A stretch of DNA of 64,000 nt from Azolla caroliniana. Its lineage: Eukaryota > Plantae > Polypodiophyta. The notes beneath the pieces were generated by a model. The model had not been told where the DNA came from. It searched no databases and was given only the letters and a program-made list of their open reading frames with translations. The stretch spans positions 12,586,001 through 12,650,000 of the forward strand of contig JBHGNT010000022.1 in NCBI GenBank assembly GCA_043228905.1. The letters run 5' to 3'. Below, one piece after another: positions 48,207 through 59,312 of the stretch. Positions within the stretch are counted from its first letter, which is position 1. Every line of letters begins with the position of its first letter. A program made the translations under genes and the position numbers.

Positions 48207-51200
48207 TATACATCAATTTCCCAATAAAACCTAAATGAAAATAATATCCTTCAAATTACAATTCATAACCTAATGGTAAAGTCTCGACCCGTGTAACAAA
48301 AGGTTATGGGTTCGAGTCTAGTTATGACATTCAGGAGTCGAGATATCATCTTCATGGAGGACAAGACACTCGCCGACTGGGAGTCGGAGAAGAAGATGAA
48401 GAGCTCCAAGTCGACCGGTGAGGATCAACTCTACGAAGAGCAGTCCCGACCGGCAAGGGACCGGTTGGCACTCGAGGATCCGGCCGAAGACGGTGAAGAA
48501 ACAGAACCGGCCGAGGAAGATGAAACTGATACCGGAACCGGCCCCGATCCCGAAATGGATTCGGATGAAGAGGAAACGGAGGAGCCGGTTACCGAAGCTC
48601 CGGAACGGAGATATCCTCTAAGACAGAGAAGGGCCCCCCGGAGATTTCCGGAACCAGAGCACGTGCTGCTAACCGACGAGGGGGAGCCGGAGAGCTTTGA
48701 AGAAGCAAAACTTGACACCCATAGCCGCAGGTGGTTAAGTGCCATGCAGGAGGAGATGGATTCCCTGCATGAGAACCACACATATGAACTTGTGGAGTTG
48801 CCGAAAGGAAAGCGGGCACTTCGAAACAAGTGGGTGTTCAAGCTGAAACCGGGAGATGTCGGAAACCCCCCGAGATACAAAGCCAGGATCGTAGTGAAGG
48901 GGTTCCAGCAGAAGAAGGGCGTCGACTTCGACGAGATATTTGCCCCGGTAGTGAAGATGACCTCCATCCGGACGGTGCTTGAGCATAGCGGCAAGCGTGG
49001 ACCTCGAGGTAGAACAGATGGACGTGAAGACGGCATTCCTTCACGGTGACCTCGAAGAAGAGATCTACATGCAGCAACCGGAAGGATTCGAGAAGAAAGG
49101 GAAGGAGCACCTGGTATGCCGGTTGAAGAAGAGCCTTTACGGACTGAAGCAGGCTCCCCGGCAATGGTACCGGAAGTTCGACTCTTTCATGACCGACGAA
49201 GGTTACCACAAAACGCAGTCCGATCACTGCGTGTTTGTGAAGAAGTTCGAAGGAGGAGACTTTCTAATACTCCTCCTGTACGTGGACGACATGTTGATCG
49301 TCGGATGGGACCAGGCCAAGATACGGATGCTGAAGAAAGCGCTTCACCGAACTTTCTCAATGAAGGACCTGGGTCCGGCGAGGCAAATAATAGGGATGCA
49401 CATCATCCGGAACCGGAAGAAGAAGCAGTTGTGGCTGTCACAGGAGAAGTACGTGACAAAGGTGCTTCACCGGTTCAACATGTCGGAAGCAAGACCGGTC
49501 GGGTCAACCCTCCCGGCAAACTGCAAGTTGTCCAGCAAGCAAAGCCCCAAGACAAAGGCTGAGAAGGAGGACATGATGAAAGTACCATATGCCTCTGCCG
49601 TCGGAAGCTTGATGTACGCAATGGTGTGTACAAGACCGGACATAGGATACGCAGTCGGAGTGGTGAGCCGGTACATGAGCAATCCTGGCAAAGAGCACTG
49701 GAACGCGGTCAAGTGGATACTCCGATACCTGAAGGGCACGGCAAACGTGTGCCTCCGATTCGGCTCCGGTAAGCCCGAACTCGACGGCTTTACCGATTCG
49801 GATATGTCGGCTGATGCAGATACCAGCCGGTCCACATCAGGGTATGTGATGACGTATGCAGGGGGAGCTGTTTCGTGGCAGTCGAGGCTGCAGAAGACGG
49901 TTGCGTTGTCAACCACGGAGGCGGAGTACATGGCGGCTGTTGAAGCCGGCAAGGAAATAATATGGATGAAGGACTTCATTAGAGAGCTCGGTATCCGGCA
50001 GGAGGAGTACCGACTCTACTGCGACAGTCAGAGTGCCATCCACCTTGCGAAGAATGCGGCCTATCACTCCCGGACGAAGCACATCCAGCGTAGATACCAC
50101 TGGATCCGGGAAAGGATAGAAGACAAGGAGTTCATGCTGACGAAGATCCACACGGACGAGAACGGGTCGGATATGCTGACCAAGGTACTCACACCCGACA
50201 AGCTGGAAGCATGCCGGAAAAGGATCGGATTGGAGAGACATCCCATGCCGAAGTGAAGGGGGAGTTTGTTGGGATTACGGTCCCTCCGGATGGGATGGTC
50301 GGATGTCCGGGAATCGGATGATGAATACCCCGGCTACGGAGCCGGATGATGAAGACCCCGGCTACGGAGCCGGATGATGAAGACCCCGGTTACGGAGCCG
50401 GATGCTGAAGACCCCGACTACGGAGCCGGATGTTGAAGACTCCGACTACGGAGCCGGATGCTGAAGACTCCGGCTACGGAGCCGGATGATGAAGACCCCG
50501 GCTACGGAGCCGGATGCTGAAGACCCCGGTTACGGAGCCGGATGACAAATGTACCCGGAGAGAGATCCGGATGCGGGGACATATTTGTGAATATGTTTGC
50601 CAAGAGCCCTTGAGGCTATATTTGTAAATAGCCCGAAAGTCATATGTGTATAAATATGACTTAGGGCAAACAGTTTTTTTTTTGTTGCTCATTTTTATGT
50701 TTTCAGCCTAGAGATCAAAGTGAGAGCAGCGGAGAGAGAGGGAGAGAAACGAAGAGGTCGACATCTCTGTGTATCACCGCCGCCTGTGGCGAAGACAGTG
50801 AGCTCAAGGTCGTTGCCTTGTAGCTTCACCATTGTACACCTCTGTTTATAGTGATAGTTGGAGTTTGAGGACTCCCGTGGTTTTTCCCATTTAGGGTTTT
50901 CCACGTAAAACATCTTGTGTACTCCTCTCTCTATTGTCCTCGTGCACTTTGCATTTCCCGTTTTCTGTGAGTTGATCCTATTCCTCGGTTTGTGATCGAG
51001 CGCTGTTTTGCAACATAAACAATATACATCTTCTACAACACAGGAACCTGAAGGTGGTTGCCAATTATTACTTTGTATGCCGAGTACAATTGTCCATGGA
51101 GCTAAGTAAATGCCAATTGAGAAGAAAGGACAGTTGCAGAGTGACTTGGTATCGGAACAAAAACGGTTATGGCTCCAAGCCTTAGAAGAAAAAAGAAAGC

Positions 51201-52207
51201 ATATTGAGGCCGCCAAGAAATATGCCGCACAACAAGACACATCATGGTGGGATGTATTTTATAGTGATCAGAAAGGAATTATAGACAATTGTGTATTTGG
51301 TGATAATTGGAATTTGGAAACGCCATTCAGATGGTCACTGCAACATGATCGTGTAAATAGAACTCTGGAGCAACCAGCAAATGCGATTAATGACAGTTTG
51401 GTCCATCCACAACAAAGAGACATTTATGTGGGAACAAGGATGACCAAAGTAGCCGAAGCTAGATGGCAAGGCAATTTGCAAAAGCTCATGGCGAGGATGT
51501 TGATTGCAACGCCGGCTGATGAGAACTCACATGGCCACCAATTTTGGGTTGGTAAAATTCTATAAGTGCTAATGCATGAAATAGAAAACACGATCAAGTC
51601 TATAAACGTTCATTGGTACAACACTAGAAGTGCAAATGCTTTTACAGGTAAGTATACATTGGAGATGATTGAATGCCCAACAAGAAGGGGAGGTAGGAAG
51701 AGGAAGAGAAACATTTGTAACACCTCGACCATCGGTATCTCTGATGTGGATATCATCGTGTACGACTTCACACTTACAAAAGCCGGATGATTAAGGAAGT
51801 CAACAATAGATATAATAAAAGAAAATTTACCAGGTCTACAAGGTGGATCGAGTCAAAGGCAAATGAGATCTGCTACATATAATCTAGAGTCAAACCATTT
51901 GGTTTATGACGAAGATAATGCACTGATTGGTACATCCGAGGATGACGAGGAGGAATCGTCATTGTATATTAGTTATAATGATGATTCTCCGTAAAGGAAT
52001 GATCATGAATGTATTTTTGGCTATTAAGTGTAACTACATTCCGCTTGTAACAAATCGAGTAATATAAAAGCATGTGTTTTGAATTCTTATGATTTCCAAA
52101 AAATCGTTTCTTATAAAATAACATTGGTTGTAAAGTTTGTGATATGAATTGAGAATGTAACTTTTTGAAATTCCTCTTTTTTTAGTTACTTCTAAATCAC
52201 GATAATA

Positions 52208-52327
52208 GTGTATGATACTAGTATCAATGTGTTTTGTAAAATCATTGAAAAAGCCCTAAAATCAACCAAAATTTTCCTTATCCTTCCATTTATGCGCGAT
52301 CCTTCCACTTGTGAACGTGAATGTGTT
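52208..52327. repeat. Candidate right terminus of the Sola1-like DNA transposon; diverged second copy at 62072-62191
   Basis: Shared ttccttatccttcca.tt.tgcg.gatccttccactt.tgaacg.gaa.gtgtt, each copy abutting a truncated retroelement pol. Confidence 0.6.
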
Positions 52328-54846
52328 TTAAGCGTTCAAGTACTTTCTAGACATGTATATCATGCTCCTCCTGTGTTTTAGAGTAAATCAACAGATCATC
52401 TAAATAGATTATGAGAAAGATATCCAGAAAATCCCGGAAAATGTCATTTGCCATATGTTGGAAAACTGTGGGTGCATTTGTGAGTCCAAAAGGCATGACT
52501 GTATAATCGAAGTGACCATACCTCATCTCTCAATCGAATGCGAGCAAGATTATATGCACCCCTTAAATCAATCTTTGTAAAATGCTTTGCCCCACCAATG
52601 CGCTCTAAAAGACTGGAGATTAAAAGAAGAGCATTCCTATTTCTTATGGTGACTTTATTTAATCCTCGATAGTCCACGACCAAATGAAGCGACCCGTCCT
52701 TTTTCTTCACAAAAATTATAGGAGCACCAGCTGGAGACTTTGAATGTCGAATAATGTGTAAGATTCTCCTCAATTTATTCTCGAAGAATCTCAAGCTCAG
52801 TTGGTGATAGATTGTAGATCGAACCCCAGAGTGGCTCTTTTCCTAGTTGGAGGTCGATGGGACAATCGTACGGCCGATGCTTTGGAAGTACACTAGCTTT
52901 GACTTTGTCGAAACCATCACCATATTCTTGATATTTTTCGGCAATTTGGATGTCTGAATTTCCTTGAGTGGCACTAGAAGGTGTCACAGATATTACAAAT
53001 AAGAAAAGTTCCTCCTTTCCTCCCACTTGGGACAATTGTTGCAATAGGATGGTTGAGATTTCATGAAAAGGAGATGGTGCACTGGTAGAACTATATTCTT
53101 TAAGGGAATAGTCTTGGGTTCGATCCTTAGCAATGATGTTTTTTGCAGAAGGGCACCAAATTTCTCGCCTCCTCCAATCGATTCTTGGGTTATGTAGCCC
53201 AAACCATGGCAAACCAAGGACAATTGGATGCTCGGGGCTATGGATTATGCTAAAGGAGACTACACATCCAAAATCACCTAAGAGTATGTGTATTGGCTCA
53301 GACTCTTCGAATATCTTCCCGGAAGCTATGGGGGCGTCCATCAATCACTACTACGGAAACTGGGCAAGGAAGTGTATGCAAGGGAATTTGATGTTTTTGG
53401 GCAAAATCTCTATCCATGAAACAAGAATTGGCTCTAGTATCTAAGAGGGCTTGGACGTGAAGTTTGCAATTCGGTGTCCTAACTTGTACTTGGGCTGAGA
53501 AGACTCTACTAACATGCTTGGATGAAATGGAACCTACACTAGGATGTACAAATCTAGGGTTGTCCAAGCAAATGGCTCCTATTTTGGGCGGACTTATTCA
53601 TTTGACTCCTCTTCTAATTGGCTTGGGACTTCAAACTTATTGGACAAGGGTGGATTATTCATAATATTAGAATCACTAAGTGCTTCTAAAATGTTGGAGT
53701 CATTTTTATTGTCATAGTGAATTTGATTTACCTGACTGACGTCTTGGCATACGGGAGCAATGAATGGCTATATTTCATGGACCTCCGCAATATAAGCACA
53801 AACGGTTTGCTCGGCGTTGATGCTTTTCTTCGTCCGACAATGGTCCTCGTCGTTGGGTCATATCGATCTCCATGGGGTGTCGGCCTATCCATTGGGGTTG
53901 GACTACGTGTTTGCCTTGGGGTTGGAGCAGGGCTATGCGTTTGCCTTGGAGACAATTGCGTCGTTACTAGTGCATAAGTTGATGTGTATCTTGATCTTGT
54001 TATTTGTTGTTGTCGCTCACATCGACACTCAAAAAGACAATTATCACATCGTATTCCTCGACTAATAGCTTCTGTAAGTGATTTTGGATCATCGGCGAAG
54101 GTAAGAAGTAAGTCCTTCACATCACTACGATGACCGGAACGAAATTGCTCCATTAGGGCTTGTTCATCCCAAGGAATATCGCTTGCGATGAGACGGAAAT
54201 TAGCTACATATGTTAAGGTTGGTTCATCACCTTGACGTAGTGTACGAATCTTGTTGATTGTTGTTCTTGCCCCATCTGTATCTCCGAAGCAAGCCTTAAA
54301 TTCTTTGACAAACTCCTCAAAATTATGTAATAGGGGAGAATTTGTCTCTAGTAATGGAGTAAACTATGACAATGCTATGTTATGCCAAACAGTAAGGTGC
54401 CCAATAACCCGACTCGTGATGCATCTGTCAGATAACGGATGGGATGCATTTGGATTACCAACTGCACTTGATTCAAGAAACTTTGAAAATGCGCCCTCGA
54501 ACCATCAAATTTAGTTGGGAGACTGATTCAAGAAACCTCGAAAATGCGCTCTCGAAAAGGCTCCTTAATACTTCCTTGACCTTCAACCCTTTGTTGTTGT
54601 AAAATTACAAATGTCAATTCTAATTGTTGCACCCGTCACGTAAACTCTTCTTCTTGTTGTTGCTTCTCCAAAGTAACCTTTTGTAGATCCCCAAGAAGAC
54701 GTTGATTCTCTAATTCAAGAGATGCGAACTTGGATTTAAGATTCTCCATTTCTGCAACAAGGGTGATATATTCTTCTGAGTTAATGGCAACCATGGTTTC
54801 GTGATGTTTATAGCGGAGGATAAAGGAGAGAGAGAGAGAGAGAATT

Positions 54847-57800
54847 AGGATTTTTATCGTCCATAAAGAGGCACATTTTGACCTATGGGACTAGAGTATA
54901 CATCTGTTCTTGATATATGTCTCCTTCCTAAGAAAGGGTATTTATATGTTGAAGCACAAAGTCTCTATGTGTTAATAAAGCATACACATATGAGCGCAAC
55001 CTTCTAGGTGGTGTCTTAAGTATGGACCTTAAATTATCACTCCCTCTTAGTATGTCAACATATCTTGAACGAATTGCACTATATGTCGAGCATGTGAAGA
55101 GCAAGTGACATTCATCCTCTACCATGCCTTCATTGCATACTTTACATGTCTTCAAATTCGTTACATTTTGATACCATGATGCAACTTCAATACCTAACTT
55201 GTTAGATCAAGTGCGAAGTAGTGTAAGGGCTCTACGAGCATTGCTACTCATATTGGTAATGAGATAAGGTTGGATACGATCAATAGACATTCTTGCTTTA
55301 TAATGAGACCAACATTCAGGGTTGAAATTTGCAATGTAGTATTCTAGCTTTGTCCTCTTAGCATCCTCCCACTTCATCCTTAATGATTCCACCAACCTTT
55401 CCTCAATCATTAAATATTTCATAGCATTGTCTGAAAGCTCTAAAAGATCATCCACACCCCATCTTCTAAACCATTTCTTTATGTCAACAACCCAACCAGA
55501 TGAGAGAATCTTACTTTTATGATTCTTTTGTAGCTTATATCCAACATTCCAAGAAAGATGTGGTAATCGATGATTCGGCATATTCTTGAATTTTGTAATG
55601 TATTTATATACTCTTTGGAGCACCAATAGTTCTATGGGTCGAACACCCGTTTCCAAGAGCATAACTTGGTAAGAGGTAGTGCATTTAACTCCTAATTGCC
55701 TCCTTAAAAACATCTTTTGAATTTTCTCAATCTTGTTCCATGCATTAAGAGAGATGGTGCCACCCCATACTTCTACTCCATAAAGAAATACTTGAGTTAC
55801 CATGGCATTGAACAACATTAATTTTACTTCTCATCCACAAGTATCACTTTGGTTGCATTGGCTCTCAAAAGGTAATATGATTTCCAACCAGCTCGGAGTC
55901 TAGAATCAAAGCATGCACGCCATTTATTTGTGGCGGGTACATCAATACCAAGATATTTAAAGCTTTGAACAAATTGTATATGTTCACCTTTATATGTGAG
56001 CATAGGGTAATGATGAGGTTGGATGGTTTGCACTACCATCATTTTTATTTTCTCCACATTCACTGCTAGTCCACTACTATGGCAAAATTCTTCTAATACC
56101 CGAAATAAATGTTGCATACTATCAACATCATATGAGAAGAGTACCACATCATCTGCATATAGAAGCAATAAGATAACATGTTGCATCAAATTGGGGTCAT
56201 TCAATCTTTCTTCTCTTGCAACCTTATTCACCACTTCTTCTAATTTATCAATACATAAGCCAAAGAGTGTGGGTGATAATGGACATCCTTGCTTGACCCC
56301 CATGTTACTTAAAAAGCTCTTTGAGAATCCACTATCCATTTTTAGTTGGCATTTAACTTGTTCATATAGGCGTGCAACCGCAACTCGGTACTCTAATGGC
56401 ATGTCAATGTCTACCATTCTATTCCAAAGCTCACTTTGTGGTACAGTATCAAAAGCTTTCTTGAAATCAACGAAACAACAATAAAGTGTTTTTCCTTGTA
56501 GTCGACTCTCTTCCATGATTACTCTTAATGTGACCAAATGATCCACGGTGGAGTGTTTTGGTCTAAATCTGGCTTGCCCAAGTGCTCTTTTTCTTGTACT
56601 CTCAGCCCGTGTGCTTATATTTTGCTCCATAATAGTACTATATAGTTTAGCAATAGTTGAGCTCACCATTATTGTACGATAATTTGCTACTTGATTCTTA
56701 TCTCTGCCTTTAAATATTGGTTTAATCCAATTCATAAGCCAATCATTTGGAAATCCTTGTTTTATAGCGTGCTCTAAAATTGTCATTATCCAATGACGAG
56801 TGTGTGGCATTGTCCATTTTAAAAGCTCACTTGAGACGTAGGTTGAATTTGCTGATTTCCCACTTGCCATCTTCTTTATTCCCTTATTGACATCATCAAT
56901 ATCGATACATGTAGTGCATGGAGTTTCAATTTTCTCAACCATGGGAGCCACACCTTCATGCATATATAACCTTTGTACATAGTCTAGCATCTCTTCATTT
57001 GTAAAGTGACCTTTCACATCTTCTTTCTTACCCTCGAGTTGTCCCCATGCTAATTTTGGTTTGACTTTAAACAAGTTTTTCTTTTTCATCTCTTGCATTT
57101 GGAAATATCTTCTTTTCTTTCTCCTCACTACTTTCTTGTATATGTGCCATGCAACAATCTTTTCATTCCCCCCTTCTATGGACTTAAACCATTTGAGATA
57201 CATCTTATATTCATCATCGAACCAAGAATTACATAGAAAACTACACACCTTATGCCCACCCACATGTCTCTTAAAACATTGATATCCAACCTTAAGGATT
57301 ATATCCTTCAAATGTTGCCAATTTTCTTTAACATCGTTGCTTAGAGAAAAATTTAACAAATGGTTCTCCACTTCATTTGCATACATCTTAGCTTTTTCAT
57401 AGCAAGGTCAGATGATACATCTCTTTTCATCTTTCACTTCACGACATCTAGTGGAATGTGGAATTGTAAGCTCTAAGTACAATGGCTTGTGGTCTGAGTC
57501 CGGAGATAGAGAACCAACTTTAAACACATTCACCAATGATAGATCACATGCCAACATTAATGCATAATCAACCACACTTCCTCCACCCGAGGACGGTAAA
57601 CATGTGAGCACATTTGTCAATGGGAATGCCTTTATACCATTTAGGATAATCAATTTTGTGCAATTTAGCATATGTATCAAAAGTTTTCCAAAATCTGACA
57701 TGACACAATCCTCTGAGTCACGCAATAGACAATGTTCTACTACATTTTCTTCAAATGACTCCACGTTTTGGAAATTTCCAACTCTTGCATTGAAGTCTCC

Positions 57801-58859
57801 CATAATTAAAACTTTACCAAGCTTCTCAAATGAAAGTATATCATGGCATAACTCTCTAAAAGGATCATTACAATCTAACCCAAACCTACTATAGTAGTTT
57901 GAGTCTTTGTGAGGAATGTAGCATGCAACTATATACAACTTCTCTTTCCCCAAATTAACCTCTATCCATATGTATCTCTTATAGTCATCATATTTGCATA
58001 CTTTGATAGAATTATCTAAGCCCTCATGGTAGATGCATGCTATCCCGGCACGCCCAATATTCCCTTTGGAGTGAGGCCATATTGATTTTATGACGTAACC
58101 GTCTATCTTAGGTATACGTTTTGCCTCATGCTCCCATGTTTCAGCCAAAAATATAATATCCATACCTTGAGCTACATCATTGAGTCCTAAACCCTTATTC
58201 CATGGATATCCTCTACAATTCCAAAACATTACTTTCAATTGTGAAGCACTTATAGTCCCATAGGTCATTGCTTGCTATGCATTTTGATTTTCTTTCCGAG
58301 ATGCATATGCTTGCCTTCTACGTTCTTGCTCTTGTGGAGTTCTATCCTTGGTTACAAAATAACTTTTCCCTTTTAAGTACACCTTACTACTATCTAGAAT
58401 CATTGCCCTTTTACATTCATCGAGGATTGTACAAACAATAGCTCGAGATGTCTTTCCCTCTTGTTGCTTTTTGCCAACCCGATGTGCGGCATATACAATA
58501 ACATCTCGCATAGCAAAGTGATCCTCAAAGAATTTCGTAATATTTTGTCCAAGAGATAATGCATTCTCTATTTCATTCTCTTGCATACCTCTAATGACAA
58601 TATTATTTTTCTTTCGATTTCATATTGCTCCTTTACATCTAACACATCCATGGTATTAGGATGTTTTTGCGTGATTTTTGGTGTTTTTTTCAAGAGAACA
58701 TCTTTCCACCTTGTCATGATCACATCTTCCTTCCCTTCAATTGTAGATTTTATTTCGGCATTTGCCTTCACTAAAATCTCTTTTTCTGCTTCAAGACTCA
58801 ACATTTTTCTTTCGATTTCAGAAAGAAAACGTTGAGAGAGTGAGAGTGAGTGAGAGAGT
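54847..58859 (-). mobile_element. Apparently full-length APE-type LINE (RTEX/CR1-group-like), degraded
   Basis: ORF1 remnants 58804-58275; endonuclease WNCRG, LAETW, MGDFNAR, SDH; RT GVKQGCPLSP, YADD, YLG; C-terminal CKVC..EDECHLLFTC; probable TSD gagagagagaatt (54834-54846, 58860-58872). Confidence 0.88.
54928..58268 (-). pseudogene. LINE ORF2 (APE-RT-zinc finger), broken into four ORFs
   Basis: ORFs 57408-58268, 55824-57386, 55207-55818 and 54928-55155 carry consecutive ORF2 domains. Confidence 0.88.
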
Positions 58860-59312
58860 GAGAGAGAGAATTCGAATCAAACTGTCAGAACCAAGAGAAA
58901 AGATAGAGTGGCGGAAGAAAGATGTAAAGAGATCACAAGAAGAGAGAATGAAGTGATAAGAGAAGAATGAATGTATTAATAAGATAGAATGAAAATGGAT
59001 ACAAGATAGGCAATGAAAGCTTAAGACTGGAGTTGATTCGAATGGGTTTGAGAAGAATTTTATGTCTATATTCATAGGTTCCTATAGAATAGCCTAGAGA
59101 TTTCTAGAATGTTCTAGACCTAGAATATTCTAAGATGTTCTAGGATATTCTAGAATGTTCCAGAACATTTAAAATATTTAGTCTATTATAAGAAGTAGCT
59201 TTTATCATTTCATATGATTATATATTATCTTAATGGTTAGGTTCTTGATTATGTATTACAAGGTCTTGGGTTCAAGCCCAAGTGAAGCCATGATGTTTAT
59301 GTATTCATGACA

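Larger units (their letters stand above)
42554..48329 (-). mobile_element. Element D: intact chromovirus (Tcn1-like Ty3/gypsy)
   Basis: LTRs 47851-48329 (5') and 42554-43028 (3') differ by one substitution plus GA length; TSD TTCAG; PPT aaggggggatag; uninterrupted gag and pol. Confidence 0.97.
40372..50256 (+). pseudogene. Element E gag-pol, disrupted
   Basis: Near-identical to the B protein; stop at 41056, frameshifts near 41395 and 48980, element D inserted after 42553; full integrase core retained. Confidence 0.92.
39593..51015 (+). mobile_element. Element E: Ty1/copia (Tork-like), close relative of B, host of D
   Basis: LTRs 39593-40340 and 50267-51015 with ~30-bp U3 tandem repeats; TSD TAAAC; PBS tggtatcagagc 40344-40355. 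Confidence 0.96.
21470..51994 (+). pseudogene. DNA transposase (Sola1-like/DUF7869-type), split by elements C and E; segments ~21470-21856, 37440-39592, 51021-51994
   Basis: CSIC, CLMIDGMDQKKTCLPH, LYIQFDITARDNKN, FLLIGHTHDHIDQMFS; reading continues across both LTR insertions (CCAYGYM|SMIG; LYAK|QYTS); several stops. Family name is by motif recall. Confidence 0.78.
52328..59312 (-). mobile_element. Element G: 5' half of an old Tcn1-like chromovirus, cut within RT and carrying a LINE in its 5' UTR
   Basis: LTR 58883-59312 (TGTCA..TGACA); gag remnants ~54794-53596; PR/RT remnants 53570-52328 colinear with element D. Confidence 0.85.
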
